A DNA stretch of 58,368 nt, taken from NCBI GenBank assembly GCA_043753995.1, contig JAYUVP010000043.1, positions 1-58,368 on the forward strand. The letters run 5' to 3'. The translations under genes and the position numbers were made by a program. Each line of letters opens with the position of its first letter. The first letter of the stretch is position 1. This DNA comes from Fibrobacterota bacterium. Lineage in GTDB: Bacteria; Fibrobacterota; Fibrobacteria; UBA11236. The notes below the pieces were generated by a model. That model had not been told where the DNA came from. It ran no database searches and was given only the letters and a program-made list of their open reading frames with translations. This document shows, one piece after another, positions 9,893-19,552 of this stretch.

Positions 9893-10206
9893 GGAAATCG
9901 TTCTTCGCGAGTTTCATCCAATAGGGTTTGCCAGTCAGAAATACCCTTGGTGGGCTTGAGCTTGGCCGCCCATTCCGCGACCCGCGAAGGTCCGGTATGC
10001 TTGGCACGCTGAATCGAACCGTTTCGTTCTTCCTCATTCAGAAACGATTCCCAACGCGAAACCATTCGCGTCGGCGCACTCACCGGCTTGTGAATTTCGG
10101 CAATGATGTCGTCGCGATCGGTCACGTAAATGACTTCCCCTTCACGAACCATGTCGAGATATTTGCTCAAACTGTTTTTGAGGTTTTTGATGCCGACGGC
10201 CTTCAT
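9889..10206 (-). CDS. Phd/YefM-type antitoxin
   Basis: MKAVGIKNLKNSLSKYLDMVREGEVIYVTDR, Phd fold; C-terminal LDETREER. Confidence 0.9.
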   Translation of the reverse strand: MKAVGIKNLKNSLSKYLDMVREGEVIYVTDRDDIIAEIHKPVSAPTRMVSRWESFLNEEERNGSIQRAKHTGPSRVAEWAAKLKPTKGISDWQTLLDETREERFP

Positions 10207-10213
10207 CACCCTT

Positions 10214-10242
10214 ACAGTAGCTACGGTAGCCACCAAAGTCAA
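10214..10242 (-). promoter_or_regulatory. Sigma70-like promoter with overlapping operator for the TA operon
   Basis: TTGACT-17nt-TACTGT; GTAGCTAC and GTAGCCAC repeats plus the GCTAC-g-GTAGC inverted repeat lie in the spacer/-10. Confidence 0.7.
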
Positions 10243-10260
10243 GTTGCCGTTATGGCGCCA

Positions 10261-12660
10261 CTAGCTAAGCACCTTCAAATTCGCGAACTTGGCCAGCAGG
10301 GTCCGGCGAATATGATCTTGAAAAAGCACGGTCACCCGCATTTGCTCACCATGACCCTCGGAGGAAACCACGCTGCCGATGCCAAAGCGGGCATGCTGCA
10401 CCTTTTGTCCCTTGCGCAATCCGTCTTCTTCCTGACTAAGATCCTCATAGGCCACTTCGGCATGACGATGATGGCTATCGTCCTCGCGATCGCGGAAAGA
10501 CGGGCGTGACCGAGCCTGAGCGATCTTCAATTCCAAATGATTTTTATCGATTTCGGTGAGGAAGCGCGATCCCAGAGCATCTTGAAAGCCGCCATAGCGG
10601 CGGCGGCGGCGGGCATAACTGAGATGCAAATCTTTTTCGGCACGAGTGGCGGCGACATAGAATAAGCGGCGCTCTTCTTCGATATCGCCATCATCGTCGC
10701 GCAATAGCGGGAAGAGGCCATCTTCGAGGCCGGTGACGAAGACGCGGGGGAATTCCAAGCCCTTGGCGCTATGCACGGTCATCAGAGTGACAGCCTCTTG
10801 GCTTTGCTTCAGCGAATCCGAGTCGGAGACCAAGGCGATTTCCTGAAGGAATAAATCGAGATCGACGGCGAGATTATGCGTCGTGGCGGCATTCTCTCCC
10901 TCGCTGCCTTCCGCTGCGCCATTCTGATTCGCCGCCGAAAAATCAGAGGGGTTCAAGGTGACTTGGTCGCCGTCGAATTCGACTTCCTCCCCACCCATGT
11001 CCAACTTGAGCGCCAAGGGCTCAGGAGGCGCGTCGGGTAATCCTTCGACGTCGATTTCCCCGCGCGATTTTCTCTCCATGAAATCTTGCGCCGCCGCAAC
11101 TAATTCCTCGATATTGTTGAGACGATCTACGCTTTCGTCGGTGCCTTCCGTTTCTAGAAAGGCGCGATAACCGCTGCGATTGATCAACTCGGCAATCAAA
11201 TCAGGCAAGGCCATGGATGCCGCCAAGGCGCGCAGGTCGCGAACAAGACTCACGAACTTGCGGATTTCCGACAAGGCCTTGGCCCCAACGCCCGCTTCAT
11301 CGGCGCGCTTCAAAGCATCCATCAGGGTAAGGCCTTTGGCCTTCGCCAAGTCTTGAACCTTTTGCATGCTGGTATCGCCCAGCCCTCGCTTGGGCACATT
11401 GATCACGCGCTGCAGGGAAATGCTGTCTTTTGGGTTCACTAAAAGTCGCAAATAGGCGAGCAAGTCCTTCACTTCTTTGCGTTCGTAAAAGCGTATGCCG
11501 CCGACGATCAAATAGGGGATGCGCTGGCGACGCAATTCGTCTTCGAGTACACGCGACTGGGCATTGGTGCGGTAGAAAACGGCGGTTTGCCCAGGACGGT
11601 AGCGCGTGTCCGACAACATTTTGCGGGCCACCCACGCGGCTTCGATATTGTCGTCATCATGCTCGGTGAGCGAAGGTTTATCCCCCGGGGGATTGTCGGT
11701 CCAAACCCGCTTTTCCATACGCTGGAGATTGTTCTTAATGACCGATCCCGCGACACCCAGAATATGGCCGCTGGACCGGTAATTCTGCTCAAGCTTAGTG
11801 ATCTTGGCATTGGCATAATCTTGTTTGAAGCTGAGGATATTGCCGATATCCGCGCCGCGCCAACCGTATATGCTTTGGTCATCGTCGCCCACCACCACCA
11901 AATTGTGATGCGGGCCTAGCAGTAATTGGATGAGTTGGTATTGCGCTTTATTGGTGTCCTGGTATTCGTCGACCAAGACATAGTGAAAGCCCTTTTGATA
12001 GAGTGCCCGAACTTCAGGAAAGGACTTCAGCAAACGAATGGACAGCAAAATGAGATCGTCGAAGTCCATGGCATTGGCCTTTTGCATCTCGACTTGATAC
12101 AAGGCATAAAGCGCGGCCATGCGCTCCTCGAAGCGATCCGCGGCCTCACGATGGGCGTCTTCGGGTGAGAGCCCCTTGTTTTTCATGGAGCTCACCCAGA
12201 AGCGCAGCTTGTCCGGGGTGAAGCGGGCATCCTCTTCGAGCTTTTGATCCGCAAGCAATCGGCGCACGAATTTGCGCTGGTCGTCGGTGTCGAATATGGT
12301 GAAGCTGGAGCTATAACCCAAGCGCGTGGCATGCAATCGCAAGAGGCGCGCGCATATCGAATGAAAGGTGCCCATCCACCGTAGGCGGGCGGTAAAACCC
12401 AAAAGCTTGCCGACGCGATCGCGCATTTCGGCGGCGGCTTTATTGGTGAAAGTCACCGATAAAATTTCATCGGAGCGATAGCCATGCGCCTGAATCAACC
12501 AGGCAATCTTAAAGGTCAAGACGCGCGTCTTACCGCTACCCGCTCCCGCCAGAATCAATTGCGGGCCAGGAGCATGCATGACGGCTTCAAATTGCGGAGC
12601 ATTGAGCGCCTTGCGCAATGCCTCTTCTTCCAGAGCAAAATCAAAGGCCTTAGTCGACAA
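10261..12660 (-). CDS. uvrD: ATP-dependent DNA helicase UvrD/PcrA
   Basis: AGAGSGKT, VDEYQD, VGDDDQSIY, HSAKGLEF, EEERRLFYVA, C-terminal Tudor-like VQHARFGIG. Confidence 0.96.
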   Translation of the reverse strand: MSTKAFDFALEEEALRKALNAPQFEAVMHAPGPQLILAGAGSGKTRVLTFKIAWLIQAHGYRSDEILSVTFTNKAAAEMRDRVGKLLGFTARLRWMGTFHSICARLLRLHATRLGYSSSFTIFDTDDQRKFVRRLLADQKLEEDARFTPDKLRFWVSSMKNKGLSPEDAHREAADRFEERMAALYALYQVEMQKANAMDFDDLILLSIRLLKSFPEVRALYQKGFHYVLVDEYQDTNKAQYQLIQLLLGPHHNLVVVGDDDQSIYGWRGADIGNILSFKQDYANAKITKLEQNYRSSGHILGVAGSVIKNNLQRMEKRVWTDNPPGDKPSLTEHDDDNIEAAWVARKMLSDTRYRPGQTAVFYRTNAQSRVLEDELRRQRIPYLIVGGIRFYERKEVKDLLAYLRLLVNPKDSISLQRVINVPKRGLGDTSMQKVQDLAKAKGLTLMDALKRADEAGVGAKALSEIRKFVSLVRDLRALAASMALPDLIAELINRSGYRAFLETEGTDESVDRLNNIEELVAAAQDFMERKSRGEIDVEGLPDAPPEPLALKLDMGGEEVEFDGDQVTLNPSDFSAANQNGAAEGSEGENAATTHNLAVDLDLFLQEIALVSDSDSLKQSQEAVTLMTVHSAKGLEFPRVFVTGLEDGLFPLLRDDDGDIEEERRLFYVAATRAEKDLHLSYARRRRRYGGFQDALGSRFLTEIDKNHLELKIAQARSRPSFRDREDDSHHRHAEVAYEDLSQEEDGLRKGQKVQHARFGIGSVVSSEGHGEQMRVTVLFQDHIRRTLLAKFANLKVLS

Positions 12661-12726
12661 GGGGTGGCATCCTCTGCGGCTGCGGAATGCCCGAAGCCAA
12701 GGCTAAAAGTTAGAGATTAAACCCAG

Positions 12727-15700
12727 CTACCAGGCCATGCGGCCCATGAGAACAATGCGCGTGGCGTCGATGCGCAATTCTGCCCTGGCGATTTCGTGCA
12801 ATACCGCCGAAGCGTGGGCCTCAGCAGCTTCAATTTCCGAAGGATTGACGGGAGCCCCAACAGCCTGCAAATCGCGCAAACGTTGCACTTCGCCGAGCAA
12901 TCGTTTTTCCGCCTCTTTATGAGCCTCTTTTTTGCGCGTCGACTCCATGAAACCCGCCTTGGTTTTGGCGGCTTCCAATAATTTGGGCATGAGTCGATCG
13001 AATTCTTGATGATGCTCTTCCAACAAGGTCGTCGGCGCGGGCTCTAAATCCGAAGCATCGAGGCGCGGCAGGAACTCAGTCAAATTGTCACCGGCATCAT
13101 CCACTAAAACGCGCAAAGGTGTTGGCGGCAAAAAGCGATCGACACGTAAATGCCCGGGTGCCGTGGCTTCGAGGAGAAAGACCGCCTCCAGGGCGACGCC
13201 TTTGCGGGGAGCCTCGGCCCAGCCTACAAAGCCCGTCTTGCCTTCCTGACCATCGAGAATCAAATCTACCGCGCCGCGCATGACGGGATGGTCCATGCTC
13301 ATGAAGGCCACGTCTTCATGAGATATGGCTTCGGAGCGATCGAAGGTGAGGGCCAAACCCAATTCCGGTACGCCCGGAAAGCTGTCCAAGGTCATACGTT
13401 CACCAGGGGTGATGAAATACCCGCGCTTCAGGGCAGTGTCTTCTATTTCCAAACCGAAGTGATCGAAAACGGTTTCGAGATGCCCTTCGAGTTCTTCGTC
13501 TTCATCCTCAGCCTTGATTTCGGCTATGAGCGCGCGCGCCATTTCCGGGCGTTGCGAATTGATTTCCAGCAGGCGATCGCGCCCTTGTTCCAAGGTGGCG
13601 CGCAATTCCGACGCGAGTCGGCGTGTGCTTTCGCATAAGTCTTGAATGGCTTGCGGCAATTCCGTTTGAACCTCCGCACCGTCCTCGCGCGCCTCGACGC
13701 TTAAAGCCAGTGAGCAGACTTTCAAAACCTCGCCGATTTGCCTTTCCTTGACATAGTCCGCGCCGAGTACGGTATCGCGAAAGGCACCCATGCCTTCGGC
13801 ATACCAGCGATACACCACTTCATGCACGGTTCCCCGCAAATACGGAAGGTGAATATGAATGTCCTGATTCTGGCCGATGCGATCGAGACGACCGATGCGC
13901 TGTTCCAGCACGCTGGGATCGAGAGGCAAATCGAACAGAACCAAATGATGCGAGAATTGGAAATTGCGCCCTTCGCTGCCGATTTCCGAGCAAAGCAAAA
14001 TTTGCGCGCCCGACGGATCCGCGAACCATGCGGCATTCCGATCGCGGGTGGTCATGGTCAGATTTTCATGAAAGACCGAGAAAGGCGTCGTAGTCAAGGT
14101 CGGCAATAATTCGCTGAGGGCGAAAATCACATTCTTATGCGAGGCGATCAAAAGGATTTTTTCGCCAGCCAATCGCTTCAGCAATTGAATCAACCAATCG
14201 ATACGTGGATCACGCCGCCAAGCCCGCCGCAGGAATTCTCCCGCATCTTCGGGGAAGCCCGGTAAATCCGAGGAGGTGAAAGCCGGCGCTCCGGCCAAGA
14301 GACGGGCCAGCTCCGCTTCACTCAATACCGATCTTTCCGCCATTTGCTGCGAAGCCTGCCCTGCGAGTTTTCGCGAGAAATACTGCGCGAGAGTCGCATG
14401 CTCTTCGTTCCCGTCCAGCGGCGCATCCACCACCACCCGGGGTGGAAAACCGCCTAAAGCCTGCCTGCGATTGCGGAACATCAGACGTCCGGTGCCATGC
14501 CGGTCGATGAGATCGTCCACCAAGGCTTTCCTGGCTTGGGCATTGCCCGAGAGATAGTCGGCAATGCGCGCTTGCAAGGCGGCATCGTCCGGAAAGGCCG
14601 CACGCAAAGCCGCCGCAACTTCGGCATCCGGTTTTTCGCCCGCTAAAAGTCGGTCAATCGTAGCGGCCAATTCTTGATAGCGGCCGGTCTCAGCGAGAAA
14701 GGCGTTGTAGTCGGAAAAGCGATCGGGATCGAGGAGCCGCAAGCGCGCGAAGTGCCCGGCCTGCCCCAACTGTATCGGGGTGGCGGTCAGCAATAAAACC
14801 CGCGAGGCCACCGCGGCAAGCTCTTCGATGGCTCGATATTCGGGTGAAACCCGTTCGGGACTCCAAGCCAGATGATGGGCTTCATCGACAATGAGCAAAT
14901 CAATGCCGGCGGTGATTGCCTGTTGAACACGACGCGGTGAATTCGCGAACAAATCAGTTTCGCAAAGAATGGTTTGCCTTTGCAAAAAGGGATTGCGGCT
15001 GGCGTCGCCTTTGTCGCCCTTTTCCTCGGCGCGGCATAAATCCTCGTCGACAACCGTGAACATGTGATTGAAGCGGCGAAACATTTCGACGAGCCATTGA
15101 TGCACGAGTTGGGTCGGCGTCACGATGAGCACGCGTGATATTTGACCGGCCACATAGAGACGATGGAAAATCAAGCCTGCTTCAATGGTCTTACCCAAAC
15201 CCACCTCGTCGGCCAATAAAACGCGGGGACGATGGCGCGAAGCAACTTCATGGGCAATGCCCATTTGATGCGGTAGCAATTGCAGACGCGCCCCGCAAAG
15301 ACCGCGCACGCGCGATCCCTGCATGGCCTCGCGCAATTTTTGGGTGCGATAGCGAAGGTTCCAAGCTTCGGGACCATCCACTTTGCCGGCCAAGAGCTGC
15401 TTGTCGGGATCGCTGAAGGCCATGCGATCGAGCAATTCGCCTTCGCCCAATTGCCGACCACCGCCGAAATAGGTGAATAGGCCGTCTTTTTCCGTGATGC
15501 GATCGACGACAAAGACTTGGCCTTCGCGGCCTCGGGCGCGATCCCCATTATGCAATCGTACCCGACGCAAGGGGGCATTGCGATGCATGTACACCCGCTC
15601 TTCCCCGACGGCGGGAAAGCTGATGCGCAAGTCGCGAAAGTTCACTTGTAGAATGAGGCCCAAGCCCAGCTCCGGCTCGGATTCGCTGACCCAGCGCTGC

Positions 15701-15768
15701 CCCGGCAAAAACCGGGGTGCGGCGGGAGGGGTGTGGCGAAAGCCGGGTCTTTGGGGAAGTTGGGACAT
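12727..15768 (-). CDS. rapA: RNA polymerase-associated SNF2 ATPase RapA
   Basis: GQRWVSESEPELGLG N-terminus, LLADEVGLGKTIE, DEAHH, SEIGSEGRNFQF, RapA C-terminal domain. Confidence 0.95.
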   Translation of the reverse strand: MSQLPQRPGFRHTPPAAPRFLPGQRWVSESEPELGLGLILQVNFRDLRISFPAVGEERVYMHRNAPLRRVRLHNGDRARGREGQVFVVDRITEKDGLFTYFGGGRQLGEGELLDRMAFSDPDKQLLAGKVDGPEAWNLRYRTQKLREAMQGSRVRGLCGARLQLLPHQMGIAHEVASRHRPRVLLADEVGLGKTIEAGLIFHRLYVAGQISRVLIVTPTQLVHQWLVEMFRRFNHMFTVVDEDLCRAEEKGDKGDASRNPFLQRQTILCETDLFANSPRRVQQAITAGIDLLIVDEAHHLAWSPERVSPEYRAIEELAAVASRVLLLTATPIQLGQAGHFARLRLLDPDRFSDYNAFLAETGRYQELAATIDRLLAGEKPDAEVAAALRAAFPDDAALQARIADYLSGNAQARKALVDDLIDRHGTGRLMFRNRRQALGGFPPRVVVDAPLDGNEEHATLAQYFSRKLAGQASQQMAERSVLSEAELARLLAGAPAFTSSDLPGFPEDAGEFLRRAWRRDPRIDWLIQLLKRLAGEKILLIASHKNVIFALSELLPTLTTTPFSVFHENLTMTTRDRNAAWFADPSGAQILLCSEIGSEGRNFQFSHHLVLFDLPLDPSVLEQRIGRLDRIGQNQDIHIHLPYLRGTVHEVVYRWYAEGMGAFRDTVLGADYVKERQIGEVLKVCSLALSVEAREDGAEVQTELPQAIQDLCESTRRLASELRATLEQGRDRLLEINSQRPEMARALIAEIKAEDEDEELEGHLETVFDHFGLEIEDTALKRGYFITPGERMTLDSFPGVPELGLALTFDRSEAISHEDVAFMSMDHPVMRGAVDLILDGQEGKTGFVGWAEAPRKGVALEAVFLLEATAPGHLRVDRFLPPTPLRVLVDDAGDNLTEFLPRLDASDLEPAPTTLLEEHHQEFDRLMPKLLEAAKTKAGFMESTRKKEAHKEAEKRLLGEVQRLRDLQAVGAPVNPSEIEAAEAHASAVLHEIARAELRIDATRIVLMGRMAW

Positions 15769-15796
15769 GCGATATTTCCTTGAGACCCGACGGAGT

Positions 15797-17389
15797 TCAG
15801 CGCTTTTGGCGCAAAGACAGATTCATGCCATTGAATAAAGCGCGCACATTGGCCTTGATGGTGTCCTTATCGACCCCACGTCCAATGACCACGGCACCCA
15901 AGGGCGCACCGTCCTTGCCGGAACGCTGCTGCAACTTGATTTCCGTGGCGGCATCGGCGGCGAATTCGGCGCGCTCGACATTGAGACCTACTTGCCGGTA
16001 TTCGACGAGGTGAAAATACAGGCCTATGGTCTCGACGGCTTTCACGCAGGCATCGATGGGTCCGGTGCCGGCGCCTTTGATTTGCATGCTTTTGCCCTGC
16101 CAGCGAATATCGAAACTGAACTCTTCCTCATGCGAAGTCATGCTCAGATCCAAGAATTCCAAAGGGCCGGCCACCTGCAAAATCTCGCGCTCATAGGCCT
16201 TCACGATGTCGGCATCATTGAGCTCGCCCTTGCCATTGCCTTCCGACATGGTTTTGAGCACGGGCTGCAAGGCTGCCGCTTCTTCCATGGAAATGGGCAA
16301 TCCCAAGTCGCGCACGATTTCAAATACCGCCGACTTGCCGCTTTGGCTGGTAAAGGCAAGACGATCGCTTTCCTTGCGGCCGATGAGGCCGCCATTGATG
16401 GCGCGATAAGCGCCTTTTTCCAAGCCCTTGGTCTTGGCTGCGCCGTCTTGGTGTATGCCGCTGCGATGCGCGACGACATCAAGGCCCACAAGAGGGGCCT
16501 TCTCGTACAAGGGCACTTGCGCCCACTCCGAAACCAATAAGGCCGATTCGTAAATGGCGTCCATGCGCAAAGGCACTTGCTCTTCGCAATTGTACAAGGC
16601 ACACGCCACCTCGTAGAGATTGGTATTGCCCGCGCGCTCGCCGAGGCCATTCATGGCGCATTCGAGTTGGGTCGCGCCCGCGAAATAGCTTTCCACCGTG
16701 GTCGCCGTGGCCATGCCCAAATCATTGTGGGTGTGGACGGCGATGGTGATGTGCTTGGGCAAAGCCTCGACCACCTGCCTCACCATGTCGACGAAAAGCA
16801 TGGGACGATAACGCTCCACGGTATTCGGCAAATTGATCACCGTAGCCCCCGCCTCAATGACGGCGTGAAACACTTCGATGACGAAATCCATATTGTCACG
16901 GCAATCGCCGAAATGTTCAGCGGAAAACTGTATGGTTCCCTTATTGCCCATGAGCTTGCGAATGAGAGCTACCGACTCCACGGCGCGCTGCTTCACTTGG
17001 GCGGGAGTCATGCGCAAGACATGCTCCATATTATGGCTGGAGGTGGTGATGAAGGTATGGATGCGCGGTTGGGCCGCTCCCTTCACTGCTTCCCAGGCGC
17101 GCTCGATGTCGCGCGGCACGGTACGGGCGAGGCTGCTGATGACCACATCATCGGGCGCCAACTTGGCGAGATGCACGCAAGCGGCGAAATCCATATCGCT
17201 CGCACCCGCGAAACCGATTTCAATGCCTTGCACGCCCAACTTGAGCAATTGCCTGAAGACGCGCTCTTTTTCTTCGAGATTCCATGGCTGGCGCAGGGCC
17301 TGATTGCCGTCGCGCAAGGTCACGTCATAAAAAAAAGGACGCCGCCCGCTTGAGGGCGTCTGGGATTTCATTTCGATTGGGGAAGCCAT
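15797..17389 (-). CDS. leuA: 2-isopropylmalate synthase
   Basis: DVTLRDGNQ, HTHNDLG, GLGERAGN, HRSGIHQDG, regulatory GTGPIDA; upstream Leu attenuator. Confidence 0.93.
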   Translation of the reverse strand: MASPIEMKSQTPSSGRRPFFYDVTLRDGNQALRQPWNLEEKERVFRQLLKLGVQGIEIGFAGASDMDFAACVHLAKLAPDDVVISSLARTVPRDIERAWEAVKGAAQPRIHTFITTSSHNMEHVLRMTPAQVKQRAVESVALIRKLMGNKGTIQFSAEHFGDCRDNMDFVIEVFHAVIEAGATVINLPNTVERYRPMLFVDMVRQVVEALPKHITIAVHTHNDLGMATATTVESYFAGATQLECAMNGLGERAGNTNLYEVACALYNCEEQVPLRMDAIYESALLVSEWAQVPLYEKAPLVGLDVVAHRSGIHQDGAAKTKGLEKGAYRAINGGLIGRKESDRLAFTSQSGKSAVFEIVRDLGLPISMEEAAALQPVLKTMSEGNGKGELNDADIVKAYEREILQVAGPLEFLDLSMTSHEEEFSFDIRWQGKSMQIKGAGTGPIDACVKAVETIGLYFHLVEYRQVGLNVERAEFAADAATEIKLQQRSGKDGAPLGAVVIGRGVDKDTIKANVRALFNGMNLSLRQKR

Positions 17390-17505
17390 TGGCTCTTCCT
17401 TTCTGTCTTGTTTTGCCGTGAGGAGAATCCCTGGTCAAAACCCACTCCCAGTGTTTCCGGCCTGACTTCGGGGTTTCTTTGCCGAGCATCGAAATTCCCC
17501 CAATG

Positions 17506-17535
17506 AAAAAGCCCACTCGGAGGAGTGGGCTTTTT
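17506..17535 (-). terminator. Attenuator terminator of the leu leader
   Basis: AAAAAGCCCACTC-ctcc-GAGTGGGCTTTTT hairpin with U tail on the - strand. Confidence 0.9.
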
Positions 17536-17557
17536 CGCGCAACGCGGTCACCACTCC

Positions 17558-17614
17558 CTAGCCAAGCAGGCTAAGCAGCAGTCCCAGGTTGATTTTCATG
17601 GCCGGAAAAGACAT
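17558..17614 (-). CDS. Leu-rich leader peptide MSFPAMKINLGLLLSLLG (alternative start 17599)
   Basis: Manual translation; 6 Leu codons in the last 9 sense codons; directly upstream of the antiterminator/terminator and leuA. Confidence 0.85.
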   Translation of the reverse strand: MSFPAMKINLGLLLSLLG

Positions 17615-17620
17615 GAGTTC

Positions 17621-17649
17621 ACTTTAACCACTCCCTCAAAAGAATGCAA
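17621..17649 (-). promoter_or_regulatory. Sigma70-like promoter for the leu leader
   Basis: TTGCAT-17nt-TAAAGT ending 7 nt before ATG 17614. Confidence 0.65.
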
Positions 17650-17727
17650 GGGGCGAGTAGAAACCGATAAATAATTACACTGGATGCAGACTCAATTTTC
17701 CTTGCTGCCTCGCCCAATGGAGCCACT

Positions 17728-18663
17728 ATGCGCCAATTTCAGCAATTCGCCCTGCTTTTCCTCCTAGGCGGAAACATGGTTTTCGCCCAAGTCACAAAGT
17801 CGATTCTTCTGAATTTTGACGGCATGATGCGCAGCTATTTGCTGCGCTTACCTAAGGCTTATGACAGCATCAAACCTTTACCGCTCATCGTGGATTTGCA
17901 CGGCTATACAAATCCCGCCGCAGGTCAGAGCCAGTTGTCCGGCTTCAAGTGGCGGGTGGATATCGATACCTTCCTCGTTGCATGGCCTCAAGGAGACAGC
18001 AATTCCTGGAATGCAGGTATTGGCTGTTGCGGTCGGGCCGAGCGTGAAAATCGCGACGATGTTGGCTTTATCAAGGCTGTGGTGAAACATATCCGCGAAG
18101 CTTATGTCATTGATGGCCACCGGGTTTATGCTACGGGGCATTCCAATGGCGGGGCCATGGCACAGCGACTGGCCGCCGAAGCGGGCGATGTCTTTGCCGC
18201 CGTGGCCGGATTTTCCGGCATGCTTTTGGTTCCGGCCAAACCGGCGCGCCCTATACCAATTCTCAATTTTCACGGCTATGAAGACTCGGTTGTGCCTTAT
18301 GCGGGCAAAAGCATTTATCCAGGTGCCGATTCGACTTTACGAATATGGGCAAAGGTCAATCACTGTGAAGGAGAGCCAGACACCGTGGTACTATCGGCTC
18401 CAAGCCAATGCCTGACCTATTCCCATTGCCAGGACAGCGTATCGACCGGGCTTTGCAGCGTCGGCGGGGATCACATGATTTATAACAATACGCCGCGCAT
18501 TGATTTAAGCATTCTGGCCTGGAAATTCTTTTCCCAGTTTACCCTGAAAAATCCACCTGAGGTGACTGCGACTCAGCCAAGTCCATCCCGTCGGAAAAAA
18601 CCCGTCGTCAAAACGCGCACACCCACTTCACTCCAGCGCTATTTGGGCCGAACTCCGGAATAG
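17728..18663 (+). CDS. Secreted alpha/beta-hydrolase (PHB depolymerase/LpqC-type esterase)
   Basis: Signal peptide, PLIVDLHG, WNAG.CCG, DDVGF, GHSNGG nucleophile, FHGYED. Confidence 0.88.
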   Translation: MRQFQQFALLFLLGGNMVFAQVTKSILLNFDGMMRSYLLRLPKAYDSIKPLPLIVDLHGYTNPAAGQSQLSGFKWRVDIDTFLVAWPQGDSNSWNAGIGCCGRAERENRDDVGFIKAVVKHIREAYVIDGHRVYATGHSNGGAMAQRLAAEAGDVFAAVAGFSGMLLVPAKPARPIPILNFHGYEDSVVPYAGKSIYPGADSTLRIWAKVNHCEGEPDTVVLSAPSQCLTYSHCQDSVSTGLCSVGGDHMIYNNTPRIDLSILAWKFFSQFTLKNPPEVTATQPSPSRRKKPVVKTRTPTSLQRYLGRTPE

Positions 18664-19552
18664 CCTGCCAGCTCAATCCTTGGCTCGCGGTGCGACGGTA
18701 CAATCTCAAAGTATGAGCCAAGGCGGCGACGCGATTCAGAGCTAAGCCGCCAATGGCGAAAGTCAGAGCAATTTTCGAGGCCCGGTAATAACGCAAAGTG
18801 GATTGAAAGGTTTTCCAATGACGGGTGTTTTCGGGAGTATTGGAACTACCGAAATCCCAATAGTTTTCTGGCGACGAGGGGATATCATATCGGCCATCGC
18901 GCTTGCCCGAAAGTATTTGCGACAATTCATAGCTGTCATTGCGATGTTCTTTTTCCAAATAGGAGCGATACTCGGACATGGTATTCAGGAATGCCACGCT
19001 TTTATTCGAAGCGTCAATGCCCGCATAATCCGAGGCGATATTCCGAGCACTCTGCAAATGGCTATCCATGGACCACCATGACACGCAAAGGCTGGCCCAA
19101 AACCCCAATTCCACCAGTAAAAAAGGCTTAGCCTGCCCCGATTCACGCAAATAAAATTCGCCGGTGCCAGGGAGAATCAAGGCGCCCAATAAAGCCAGGC
19201 TTAAACTTTTATCGGCATTTTTCCCAAGGCTACGGTCCATTTCGATGGTGAAGCCTGAATCCCTGGCCGCCGAAACCTGTTTTTCCCCTGCCGGAGTCGT
19301 GACCAAGGTCGCGGCCTTTTCTGGGGAGACTGCGGAATCCGATTTATTGGCATTTTGCGGATCCTCCGTGACGGAAGAATCTGCTAATGGCATCACGGCC
19401 GTACCCGGCGAAAATTCTCTGACTGGACCCCTAGGCAAGGAGTCGATTTCCAGCACCTCGCTTTGGGCCAGGACGGGAGAATAGGTAGCCCCAAGGATTC
19501 CCAAGGTCAGGAAAGGAAGGGCGAGGGAAAGGCGGCGCATCAATTGATTCAA
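18608..19552 (-). CDS. Hypothetical exported/membrane protein (DUF5683-like)
   Basis: Signal peptide; ALILPGTGEFYL motif; C-terminal strand ending in F; coupled to the upstream paralog. Confidence 0.65.
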   Translation of the reverse strand: MNQLMRRLSLALPFLTLGILGATYSPVLAQSEVLEIDSLPRGPVREFSPGTAVMPLADSSVTEDPQNANKSDSAVSPEKAATLVTTPAGEKQVSAARDSGFTIEMDRSLGKNADKSLSLALLGALILPGTGEFYLRESGQAKPFLLVELGFWASLCVSWWSMDSHLQSARNIASDYAGIDASNKSVAFLNTMSEYRSYLEKEHRNDSYELSQILSGKRDGRYDIPSSPENYWDFGSSNTPENTRHWKTFQSTLRYYRASKIALTFAIGGLALNRVAALAHTLRLYRRTASQGLSWQAIPEFGPNSAGVKWVCAF

